Positions 1 through 12,495 of a DNA stretch of 64,000 bases are shown here, piece after piece. Where the stretch lies: the NCBI GenBank assembly GCA_051362555.1, contig CM120641.1, positions 41,732,401-41,796,400 of the forward strand, written 5' to 3'. A program made the position numbers and the translations under genes. This DNA comes from Lingula anatina (lineage: Eukaryota > Animalia > Brachiopoda). The notes beneath the pieces are model-generated. The model did no database searches and was not told where the DNA came from. It was given only the letters and a program-made list of their open reading frames with translations. Numbering within the stretch: position 1 is the stretch's first letter; each line of letters begins with the position of its first letter.

Positions 1-1074
1 ATAAAATTGCATTATTTCTATATACCTTTATTTTCCCCTTCCCATCTCCATTAATTACCGGAATAAAGTTATTAGACCTACAACAAATATGGAAAGAGAA
101 CCACTTTGCTTGTATAACACGCACTATCGGGTGACTATTGCGATCTCAGCTATCACAATTCAGATCGTGTAGCGATTAACTTCTCAACTGACGCATTACT
201 GTAATATAAGATGTTATAGTGAGGAATAACCACAACAGTCTGGAGCTTTCAAACGTTTATTCGCCGACTCTCTTTTTCGCACAATGTCACAAGTATTTAT
301 ACTCTATTTTCCAAAGAATTTTCCATTCTCATGTTGCAAACTGCCTTTCAATTTCCTTATTAGGTAATTTCTAATAGCCTTGTTTTCACTTTAAAATATT
401 ATTCGAATTACTCATGCTTGGACCTTGTCCATCTCGAGTTTGCATGCGTTTTACAGGTGTTAGAAACGTGCAAATCTATTGAAAAATTAACCAATCAAAT
501 CAATCTATACGGGCCTGTCATTGTACATTTATAAATATTTCTTGACTGTAATTTTGCAGCAAGACATAAAATTGCATTATTTCTATATACGTTTATTTTC
601 CCCTTCACATCTCCATTAATTACCGGAATATAGTTATGAGACCTACAACAAATATGGAAAGAGAACCACTTTGCTTGTATAACACGCACTATTGGGTGAC
701 TATTGCGATCTCAGCTATCACAATTCAGATCGTGTAGCGATTAACTTCTCAACTGACGCATTACTGTAACACACGATGTTATAGTAAATAATAACGACAA
801 CAGTCTGGAGCTTTCAAACGTTTATTCACCGACTCTCTTTTTCGCACAATGTCACAAGTATTTATACTCTATTTTCCAAAGAATTTTCCATTCTCATGTT
901 GCAAACTGCCTTTCAATTTCCTTATTAGGTAATTTCTAATAGACTTGTTTTCACTTTAAAATATTATTCGAATTACTCATGCTTGGACCTTGTCCATCTC
1001 GAGTTTGCATGCGTTTTACAGGTGTTAGAAACGTGCAAATCTATTGAAAAATTAACCAATCAAATCAATCTATA
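1..1074. repeat. Tandem direct duplication, 565-bp period (1-509 is nearly identical to 566-1074)
   Basis: ataaaattgcattatttctatatac starts at 1 and at 566; caatctata occurs at 501 and 1066. The intervening sequence differs only by scattered substitutions. Confidence 0.95.
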
Positions 1075-1921
1075 TGTGACTTTGAAATGTTTCATCCTTT
1101 CTTACTTCGAGAACAATCTTTACACTTGTTGACTCTTAAAGAAATTTAACTTGCACTCAATCACTCCCTATCCTTTTACTCTTTTGATTCCGTTTTAATT
1201 GTTATCTGTAATTAATAAAAGTGTTAGTCATTTGCTTTTCAACAAAGATATATCACAACTACGGTGTTGGTCTTTTCAGTCAAAACAATGGAGTTAAATA
1301 TGCATCTATATGGACCACTTGTTTGTTCCTTCCATTTCAAGTCAACACAGAAAAACACAGTCGATTTGATAATATGCTTCGTTTAAACACAAAACATCAT
1401 GGTTAAGAAACTATTTTGACCTCACTGGCATGGTCTCCTGACGATAGCACATAAAATAAATATATACAGTACAGTGATTAATGAATGAATCCATTAGTTG
1501 TTTTCGTTTTTATACGTTTTATTTTTTAAGTAAATTTAAAAACCCGTTTGTGTGTGTGTGTGTGTGTGTGTGCGCGTGTGTTTTTCAAGTTTCAAACAAT
1601 GGCCATTTTTTATATTGTGGTTTCTAACACCTTTGAAATTTGCTTGTTGTATTGTTAATACAGTAATTGATCCCGCTGGCAGAGTAAAAAGATTGAATAA
1701 GATTTACAAAGGAGACCCAACCTACGCATCTAGGACAGACCAATAATAATGCTACAAAAATAAACTGTGACGGCATATGCGACCCTGAGGATTGGTGTAA
1801 ACAGTTCTGAGTCCTTAAAAACCACCTGACAAGTGATGCTAAGATGAGACTGATTTTTTTCCGAGCTCACTCAAAGTGATTGAAGTTCCATAAAAGTCCA
1901 TGTTTCTCAGTCCACACAGAG
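815..1921. repeat. ~1.1-kb dispersed duplicate of the lipoxygenase upstream region (copy A)
   Basis: Colinear with 5171-6307, including the (TG)n tract and the duplicated spurious ORFs 1221-1406/5576-5761 and 1552-1746/5907-6110. Confidence 0.95.
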
Positions 1922-3029
1922 AACTAAATGGACTTCCAGACATATGCATAAATATAGGGCATGGAATCCAAGAAGTTGCACAAACTCTTGGGGAATCCAA
2001 TTAAAAACTTATTCAAGGCCCCACACACTCAGGAATCCTAGCGTTTAACTGCTGCTGTGTCTTAACACAAAACAAAAATGTTTATTACCCAAGAGCAGTA
2101 ATTAACATGTGTGTTTTATGTTAAAGAACAATGGGACTTGGACCCTGAGAGTATGGGTCTTGAATGGGTTTTAATTAACTTGACCTGTCTATATTCAAGA
2201 ATACTACCGAAGGTGTGTTATTAAAGTAATAATAACTCTTCGTTTTGGCCAAAAATTGGATTTTCCTGAAAAAAACGGCAATATTCCCGCACTTACCAAT
2301 GGTCAACGACCCCATTCCTGCATTCAAAGTTAATCCAGGGTTTTTTTCCTAAACGTACGGTTTTTTGTTAAAATCTCTTAAGAGATTTTAACTGACGGAG
2401 CTCTCTCTGACATTGCATAGTCACTGGTGACCTACTTAAAACCGCGGGAAAAGCAGAAAACAACAACACTATATAACAATAATATAAGATTCATGAGATA
2501 TATTCGTCTTTTTGTTAAAAATGCATTTATATCCACAATGTGTGCCATTCCGAGCTGTTCGTTATCCGACGCACTGTACAAAAACTCGCAACTTAGTCTG
2601 CGACTGCACTAGCGTTTGGCGCCATATGTTATTTTGGTCTCGAATGAACGCGAGAATCCGCATGACACACAAACGTCATTGACAACGAATGCCTTGACGA
2701 CCGGGAAGAAAGTCATCGAAAGCCCTGCTGACAAGCACAGATTTTAGTTTTACTACAATTACGGCCGTTTTAGTGGTAAAATGCAATAGAATATATTTCC
2801 ATGCGTTGTTTACAATGTATTTCTTGCGGATTTTTGAATCTCAAAGGAAGAGTTATTATTGCTCTAAGTACTGTCTGCTGCTTTCTCTGCATTTCCCCTT
2901 CAGTCTTCCTTCCTAACTCAAAGACCGCCTTCAGATTCACACATCGTACTAACTGGGTCCGTCCAACTCTGCAAGGAATCTGACTTTTAAACTGCCATCT
3001 ATGGAATCAGCTTTATTGTCTGACAAACT

Positions 3030-3590
3030 ACTAATCACCCCACCCCCTAGGGACGGCCACACCCTAAGTCACACTAAAATTCCCCTGTAGCCCACTCATG
3101 CACCAAAGACTCATGTTCCTAATTCGAATGGTCTAGGAGGAGATGAAATAAATTACGATAATATATTAGTCAGCCATGTCCCCAGGGACAGTCACACCCC
3201 AAGTCACAAAAAAAAACCGATGTGCCTATGCACACCCCGACATTTTAGTTTTCTCAACCTAAAGACCTATGTGTATAAAGCAGAAAATATATACAATTTA
3301 AAGATAATAATCAACCACCGCTAGGGACGGCAACGCGTACCCATAGTTACCAAAAATCCGAAGGACACGTGCACATCCCTAATGGCAAGTTTAAATATTC
3401 CCAACGTCTCATGTTCCTCACTTTAATGGATAGAGGATAACAGTAAAAACGATATAAAAATATACCCCCCCACCCCCAAAGGACTGCAAAGTCACACTAC
3501 TAAAGATCTACGGGTAGATAGCAGAAATTACGATGTTAAGATTACAATCAACCACCCTATGGGACAAGAACACCGCGTACTTCAAACCGG
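3030..3590. repeat. Degenerate tandem repeat, about 5 units of roughly 80-150 bp, core accaccc(c)tagggac...aagtcac
   Basis: The core recurs near 3040, 3180, 3315, 3470 and 3550. Confidence 0.55.
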
Positions 3591-5170
3591 TTCAAGGACT
3601 TACAAAAAATCTTGGTTGCAAAATGCATTGCAGTTGCAAAATGCGTTCAGTTGCAAAATGCAGCTCTTCAACTGTCATTATGATTGTGAATGGACCCTTA
3701 AGTAATTTGAAAAAGAAAAGGGCAGCACACAGCACTAGACAGCTGAGTGCTTGAACGTAGGTCAAGGAATCCAATAAAAAACTGATTGTTGTGTGCTTGG
3801 GGGAGAAGACAGAAATTGTGGTATGTATTAAATATAAATCATCCACCCTGGGGCAGGCACCAAATTTAGCCTATTGTGTCGAGGCAACCCGTTCCCATCC
3901 CGATTTTCTATCTCTAAATTATTTCAAATTGTTCCAGTTACTTTAAAGAAATTGGTTGCTAAATGCGTTACAGTCGCAGATTGCGTTTTCACGTATTTTT
4001 TGGTTGCAAAATGCGGCTTTACAACTATCTTAAGGAATGACTCCCCAGGCTGTAGTGTGCTGTTGTTTATTTACGCTGTTATCTTTCACATTAAAACCAA
4101 GTAACAGGGTATCAATTACAAGTGCTGGGGTGAGGTGTAAGCACAAAAGAAATAAGCAATCATAAGCAATATACTTGAGACACAAGGTTACCTAGCAACT
4201 TAACTTTTTCAATTCATCAATTTATTCTGAATAAATATCAATCTACAAGCCTGTTGATCTCGCTGATCAACTACGTTAATTAGGCTGCTAAACAACAAGT
4301 AGGCCTAACACCCCCCTCCCTTCGAACACCTTATTAACAGGTTTCCAAATGCAGACTGTATGTGCCGCAGATAATACTTTCGGGTCAAATGAGAGCCAGC
4401 CAAGGGCACATTTCGGGAACACGTTCGATCACGCCATGATGGACATTCACAGGTGTAGGACCAGAACAGAGCCTTTCAAAAATCAAGGGACAGACGTAAA
4501 GCATTACACCTGCGCGTGTCTTTCCTCATGGAAAAATGAGTCTTTTCTGAGTTGGACGCGACTTGATCAAGACGATTGTAATGCACAATTATATACATGT
4601 ACCTTCTCTGCTTCTTTTTCAACACTATGATCTACTTATTTATCTTAATAATTGATTCCTATTTGTTTATTTATCTATCTTATAATCCAGTTACCTATAC
4701 GCGTAAATTGTGTTCATATCCTGGTTTACCTGAGCCAGTAGTTTTATGTATCAAGCGGATCTGGGAAGGGAGGGCCCAGGGGGTCTGGACCCCCTTTTCT
4801 TCAACGCTGACCATAATCTCCCATAATGTACTGATTTTTAGAAATACTGGATCCTCACCTACATACGCCTGTGTATCCTGTGCATCCAATACAGGTACCA
4901 CTAAAGAAACCCTTTTCAGTCATACAAGTAAATTAAAACGTACAGTTTACCTATTTTGGATAATATTTACAGTACATAAACATTATATTTCAAAAACGTT
5001 CTCTCTCATAACGTTGGGTCAACAACAGATACTTTTTCACCTTTGTCCCATGAAGTCGCAGGCAATATCTTATGTGGAGATGAAGTCGCATTTTATCCTA
5101 TGAAGTCGATTTGACAGTAAAATCAGAGCATTTATCCCAAGAAGTGGTAATATACCATGAAGTATTTTAA

Positions 5171-5898
5171 CAAATGTTTATTCACCGACTCTCTTTTTCA
5201 CCAATTTCACAAGTATTTATATTCTATTTTCCAAAGAATTTTCCATTCTCATATTGCAAACTGCCTTTCAATATTTCCTTATTAGGTAATTTCTAATAGA
5301 CTTGTTTTCAATTTAAAATATTTAAAATATTATTCGAATTACTCATGCTTGGACCTTGTCCATCTCGAGTTTGCATGCGTTTTACACGTGCAAATCTATT
5401 GAAAAATTAACCAATCAAATCAAACTATATGTGAATTTGAAATGTTCCATCCTTTCTTACTTCGAAAACAATCTCTACACTTGATGACTCTTAAAGAAAT
5501 TTAACTTGCACTCAATCACTCCCTATCCTTTTACTCTTTTGATTCCGTTTTAATTGTTATCTGTAATTAATAAAAGTGTTAGTCATTTGCTTTACAACAA
5601 AGATATACCACAACTACGGTGTTGGTCTTTTCAGTCAAAATAATGGAGTTAAATATGCATCTATATGGACCACTTGTTTGTTCCTTCCATTTCAAGTCAA
5701 CACAGAAAAACACAGTCGATTAGATAATATGCTTCGTTTAAACACAAAACATCATGGTTAAGAAACCATTTTGACCTCACTGGCATGGTCTCCTGACAAT
5801 AGCACATAAAATAAATATATACAGTATAGTGATTAATGAATGAATTCATTAATTGTTTTCGTTTTTATATGTTTTAATTTTTAAGTAAATTTAAAAAC

Positions 5899-5936
<38 letters not shown>

Positions 5937-6307
5937 GCGTGTGTTTTTCAAGTTTCAAACAATGGCCTTTTTATTATATTGTGGTTTCCAGCACCTTTGA
6001 AATTTGCTTGTTGTATTGTTAATACAGTAATTGATCCCGCTGGCAGAGTAAAAAGATTGAACAAGATTTACAAAGGAGACCCAACCTACGCATCTAGGAC
6101 AGACCAATAATAATGCTACAAAAATGAACTGTGACGACACATGTATCAAGTTGACAGTTTCCAGGCGACCCTGATGATTATAGTGTAAACAGTTCCGAGT
6201 TCTTGGCAACCAGCTGAGAACTTAGGCTCAGGTGGGACTGATTTTTTCCGAGCTCACTCAAAGTGATTGAAGTTCCATAAAAGTCTGTGTATCTCAGTCA
6301 CACAGAG
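5171..6307. repeat. ~1.1-kb duplicate (copy B), immediately upstream of the lipoxygenase ATG
   Basis: Matches 815-1921; similarity ends about 25 bp before the ATG at 6331. Confidence 0.95.
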
Positions 6308-6330
6308 GACACTCGACGCTTTGAACCACA

Positions 6331-6857
6331 ATGGGGAACTGTCAGCAAGGCAGTGTCGTCTCTACCCATACCTTTTATGTTCACACAGGAGATATCAAAG
6401 GTGCCGGGACCGACGCTAATGTCACTGTAGTACTACAGGATGATCAGGGGAACAAATCAGCACCTACAAAGCTCGATCACATCCCAAGAAATGACTTAGA
6501 AAGAGGCTCAGTGAATAAATTTAATTTCGCGGTTAACCCCGCTCTTGGTAAAATTCAACAAATCCAGTTCACAATGGACGCAAAGGGAGTCGCGCCCGAT
6601 TGGTTTGTGGACTTGATACGAGTTAAAGATCATCGAGTGAATCCACCCGAAACGTATGCATTTCCAATCCACCGCTGGATTAGACCCAAGCGTCATTACA
6701 CGTTTGAAATATATGATTGCATGCTGCCACAATGTGACAAGAATATAGATCAGAGGAAAGAGGAATTGGAAGAGAAAAAGAAGGCGTATGCATTCAACCA
6801 AGAAAATATAGGTTCTCCGGTACAGGTAACGTCATATACAATTACATTACCAAAGAG

Positions 6858-6907
<50 letters not shown>

Positions 6908-9816
6908 TTATTAAGATTGCTACCCAGTGGGTTGAAGTTATACATAGAATGTTAAGAACATTATGATGATAATAAAATGTTATTTGCTTGAATGAAACTA
7001 AGTTAAAAGACTGCTACTTGAAGGTAAATATATGAATATGCGATTCGTCTTTTAAAGTTGATGATTTATTCTATTGCAAATCATTTTGAGCACGTGGGTT
7101 TATTGTTCTTGTATATCTCTTCACCAAAATTTTTTCACAAATTTTGCAAATGTAGACCATGGACCTGTATGTAACGACCGACCTTAAATTATACTTTTCG
7201 TAAAAATGCTCCTTCTCTTATCATTACCTATTCCTGTACTCCACACACATTGCAGTTTCAAATACAATTCAAATTAATCAAAAGTTTTTTTTTTAATTGT
7301 TACTGCAAAATGACGCAAATACTTGTAATACAGTCGTCCGTTACAACGTAAAAGGTAAATTAAGATTTAACTTGAATATAAATTATTTCCGTTATTTCAG
7401 TCCATATAGAATATTTTTCTCCTTATTATCTCACGTTCATATTTTTTAATGTATTTCTCGCCCCGAAATATTTCCTATACTAATTTTAACTACCACGCTA
7501 AAAAATGCCATCCAAGTTGCCGTATATAAATCAAATTGCCTAATAACATTTTCTTCAGATTGTCACTTTTCCAATCTTTTATTTAGGTAAAGGATTTGCC
7601 AGCGGAAGAGGAATTTTCTCGTTCTTACATGGTAAATTCGCTAATCTATTCGATTGTTTGTAAAAAAAATATACCATGCTTTTGCTAAGTTAAACATTTA
7701 TCATAGATGTATTGTATATGCAGAAACATTCAAAACGTAGTTCACTATATTTATGTAATCATCAAAATTGCTTTAAAGGAAATAACAACAAAAATGCCCT
7801 ATGGTCTCTAGTTTGTCAGTGTGTGACTGTGGGATGTCTGTCGTTGTCTGAAGTATCTTGTTGACATTGGTTATTGGTTAAAAGGATAAACCCTGTTGAT
7901 TTTCATTCGGTTCAGGATTGTTGTCTATATGTACATGTAAAAAGTTGAAATTAACTTGAGGGAAGCCCACTGACTTTTTTGATGTTGTATTATTTTTCAT
8001 TTTTGATGTAATCACTTTAAATTGCGTGAACTGAAACTAGGTCATGACTTCTCCAACTAATCCAGAACCTATCAGGATTGGCAATAGTGTAGGGGTTTGA
8101 AAATCGAAAAATTTACTTCGAAAATACACACGTTCTTCATTAATTTAAGTATCATACTAAAAATATTCATGATATTTATGTTACCTTACATATTTTTTAC
8201 TACTTTTGACGGTTTCGTCTAGATTTCATCAGATCTAGCCCCCCCCTTTTTTATATTACGATTATACATTAAGGAATATATTCGACGGGTGTCATGTTAA
8301 AAAATTATTTTGTCGTAATTATGACGTAATATTTTTTTACATGACACCTGTCAGCTTCCATAAAATTGCACTTCAAGATTTTGCACAAAAAAATCGATAA
8401 CGAACAACCATATTATTAGCGACGCGTGTCATTCACTTTGAACATATTTAGTTTTTAAATAATTTATGACCCATTTTAAGACATGTCTTCACTTCACCCG
8501 CCTTTTAAGCTAGGCTGTATTTTTCTTTTCAGTGGGACCTAGTGTCGCGAGGCGCAAAAATTAAAGTCGAGTCTGGGTTGACCAAGATCGCAACACTTTT
8601 TGACAAGTGGGAGAATTACGAAGATCTGAAACAGCTGTATTCAGGACCGTTTGCGATAGGAAAACCTGACGTAAGTACCTTTTTGGCTTATTTATTTATT
8701 TATTTATTTATTAGAATCCTTGGATTTTAATCTGGTTTCAAAAAAGCTCATTACACGTACCCTGTTGTACTTAATTCACTCTAGTAGAACGCACAGAACA
8801 GATTTGATTAGTTATCGTAAACTGAATGTCGTGACCTAGCATTGTTGATAATTATTTCAGGAAGAAATGAAGTACTGGCAAGATGACGAATGGTTTGGTG
8901 CCCAACGTTTGGCCGGAGTGAACCCTTTACTTATATCATTGTGTACCAATATCCCAGAGAGGTGAGACAGAGAGGATTTTCATAGACGTGGCTTGTTATA
9001 TAAAAACATCCTTTCGATAAACTTAGCCAGAGGCGTTAGGAGCAGGCGTATAAGAAGTAATGCCTTCTATGATTTTAAAACTTCATTGGGTAAAGAATTA
9101 ACGTATTATGGGCGATTTTTATTTTATATTTAGGTTTTTTAAAGTGTTCACTTTTCCATATCTCATATAGGCCTATTTGCGTGAGCTATTTATTATGATT
9201 TCTGGTTTTCGTCGTTTGAGCAGTTAGTTTGATGTAGACACCCATGCAGTAATCAAGTTTTAACAAGAACAATCGACCCAAATAATCGTTTATCAAGCAT
9301 ATTTAAGATAAATAATCGGTTGATTTGGCTGTAATATGGACCCACGGGTTTTCATATATAACTAGGTTTGGGGTGACAGAAGAAATGGTGGAGCCATTCC
9401 TCGAGGGCTACAGTCTAACACAGGCAATGGAGTCCAAGAGACTTTTCATAGTAGATCTAAAAATTCTGGAAGACATACCGCACACACCGGAAGCTGAGGT
9501 ATATGTAACGTCTACACTAATGAACATTGCTGCTATTTGGTGTTAATGAGGGTGATGGGCTATATAAACGGAATATTAGGGAAGCACCTGAACCAACACG
9601 AGAATTCGCATATATGCACATTGTATCCGTCTTTTACGTAACTGTGATATAAATGCATATACTAATAAATGATGACATTTATGTTTTCCCTTTAACTATT
9701 CCCAGGTATGTTCACCTTTGGCGTTGTTCTTTCAAAAAGGAAATGGACGTTTGGTGCCAGTAGCGATTCAGCTGTACCAAGAGAAGGGTCCAAATAACCC
9801 GGTTAGTACTTCCACC

Positions 9817-9860
<44 letters not shown>

Positions 9861-10573
9861 TTTATACCATCTTAAATTGGCAGATCAACCATCGACGAAC
9901 AAGCTAGTTCCCTTAAAACATGTAATTTCAATGTCGAAAGAGAATTCAAAGCCATTTAATAGTAAAGACAATATGTAAGTTTGCATGCATGGATGCATAT
10001 TATATGTGTTTCTCACGCTTCTCTCTTTAGCAATTGACACAGATGTGTCGTCTGAATGTTGCATGGGTGATTTTTCTTTTCGCAGGTGTTTTTGCCTAGC
10101 GACCACCCCGAGACCTGGCTCTTCGCAAAGATGTGGTATAACAATGCTGACGCCACCTACCACCAATCCGTCTCTCATCTTGGTAAGTTACCCGTTTTGC
10201 AAACGAATTATATTAATATAAGCCCGAAAATTGGTCTAAACGCAGTACTCTAGTAATAGAGAGGTACATGTGGTGTTAAAAGATGATCGAAATCTAGTCA
10301 AAGTCTGCTGGCTTCACTCAGCCTATATTTGTCTACTTTAAGTAACATATTGACTCACCTTTTTTAAGAAAAAGGAAAGGAAACAACCACCAGATTTATC
10401 TGCATGGGGGTAGACCTAAGTACTAGTAAATGCTTAGGTGCAATTCTATATACATACGAAACAATCGAAAACACACAGACACGTAAACAAACATTTGCCA
10501 TATTTCCTAAATCACCAAATAATTTTGCTGTCCATCTCTCACTTTTTCATTATTATAATTATCATTATAATTA

Positions 10574-10614
<41 letters not shown>

Positions 10615-12452
10615 CTGTTAGGATTCACGCATCTTTTGATCGAGGGTTTTGCACTTGCAAGCCACAGAAACCTGTCCACCTCGCATCCCGTCTTCAGACT
10701 GCTTGGACCTCACTTTCTGGACGTCATGGCAATTAACAAGTGAGATTTTCGAAAATACAAGGTGTAAATATAAAAAATGACCACACAAAAAAAAATGAGA
10801 CGAGACTTCTCAGCGTTTTGCTTCAAGAAGTAATAGAATAACATCATTTTTATTTATGCAGTTGAGACCAAAAGCTAGTTAATTTTTATAATTTGATTTG
10901 AATGTTTTTACTTCAGAATCATGGTAGAAAAACATAAAAGTACATTTAATTGTTGGTGTATTTCGAATAAACATGAACTAGGTAAATACAGAGTAGGGTT
11001 TTATAATCCACAGATTACAGTATTTATAACATACATATAATACCTTATTTAGGTTGGCGGTTAATTTTCTGGTCGAACCAGGCGGCTGGGTAGATAAAAC
11101 CATGAGCTGCGGACGGGATGGCATGCTTCAGCTAATTTGGAAAGAGTAAGTCTATCAGTTTCAACTATGTTTCAACTGCAGTCGAAAACAAAAACAAGAA
11201 CTCCATGTTCTATACCCATAATGTGGGTTGGAACACATATAAATGTGTAGAATTAATAATAAATAAAAAAACTGGAAATTTTCAACAACTTTCCCTTTAT
11301 AACCAAAGTGTCTTATCAAAAACCGTTGAAAAATTACGATCAATAAGTTCTTTTTCGAGCTCCCAGTGAAGGAAATTGATCTGTCCCGAAATAGGAAAAA
11401 AGCTGGAAAAAAAAGCTCACTATTTTGTCTACTGTTTTGGATATGGTATGCCGTGATCATGTATATGTGCTGAAATACCCAGGGGAATCAATTTTATTAA
11501 TTTTAAGGATTAACTCTCATATTATGATTTTCACGGTATTCTGAAATGAAATATTGTATTTCACAGGTTTGCCAACTGGAGATTGGATGTCAATGGAACA
11601 CTACCGAACTTTCTGAAGGAACGTGGGGTAAATAAAAAATGTCTTATATATTTGCTTCATAGCTTCCTAATATATTGACCTTTGACCAGTTACACGCATA
11701 TGCATACCCCCCTCTCCACGCACACACTCAACAAACACATGTAGATAATGGTGCACGCACGCACGGGTCGCATCTTTACAATGAATTCACTTTCGATATA
11801 TTTCATTGATAGTTATCTAACCATCATGTTTCTTTTCCTTTTTGTTGCACAGCTGTTGGATGAAGAAGTCCTTCCAAACTATTACTACCGCGAGGATGCC
11901 CTGCCTTTGTATTGGATTATCAAGAAATACGTCAGCACTATAATTAACCATCATTATGGTAGGTCTCAAAACATATGCAATTATGCCATACACTGTTCTT
12001 TCCAGAGCATCTATATAAAACAACTGACGAGAACATGTTAATCTTTTTCTAATTCTTTTATTTTTCCTCTAATTCTTTCTAATTTTTCTAATTTATTTTG
12101 AGGGGGTGGGGGAACGGGGGAAAGGCAGTCACTCCCGAATCTATGGGGACCATAATACAATAAAAATATTTTAAAATGACCAGCTAAAAGGATATTGTAG
12201 GATAACCAGCTGTTGCAAAATGTTTTCTCCGTGTTTTTATTTATAGATACGCCACAGAAAATTGCTGATGACTACGAGCTTAAAGACTGGAGACAAGAGT
12301 TGGAACTGGAACAAGAGAAGGGAGGAATGGGGGTGAAGGTGCGTCACAAGGGTGCTCTTTAACACCTTAAACTTTGTACACGAAGACTTTTTTCATGCAG
12401 ATTCTCAAACCTCTGCTTCCCTTGAATACCGACTCGGAAGAATTACATTCCG

Positions 12453-12495
<43 letters not shown>

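Noticed and set aside
1221-1746. Short ORFs repeated at 5576-5761 and 5907-6110
   Set aside because: By-products of the non-coding duplication and (TG)n tract; no domain motif or splice structure.
4349-4630. 93-aa ORF in CpG-retaining sequence; minus strand has a faint GSVL(G)P-like stretch reminiscent of reverse transcriptase
   Set aside because: Too short and interrupted by stops; cannot be supported without a profile search.
10404-10621. Poly-Ile and poly-Tyr ORF segments
   Set aside because: Translation of the intronic (TAT)n microsatellite.
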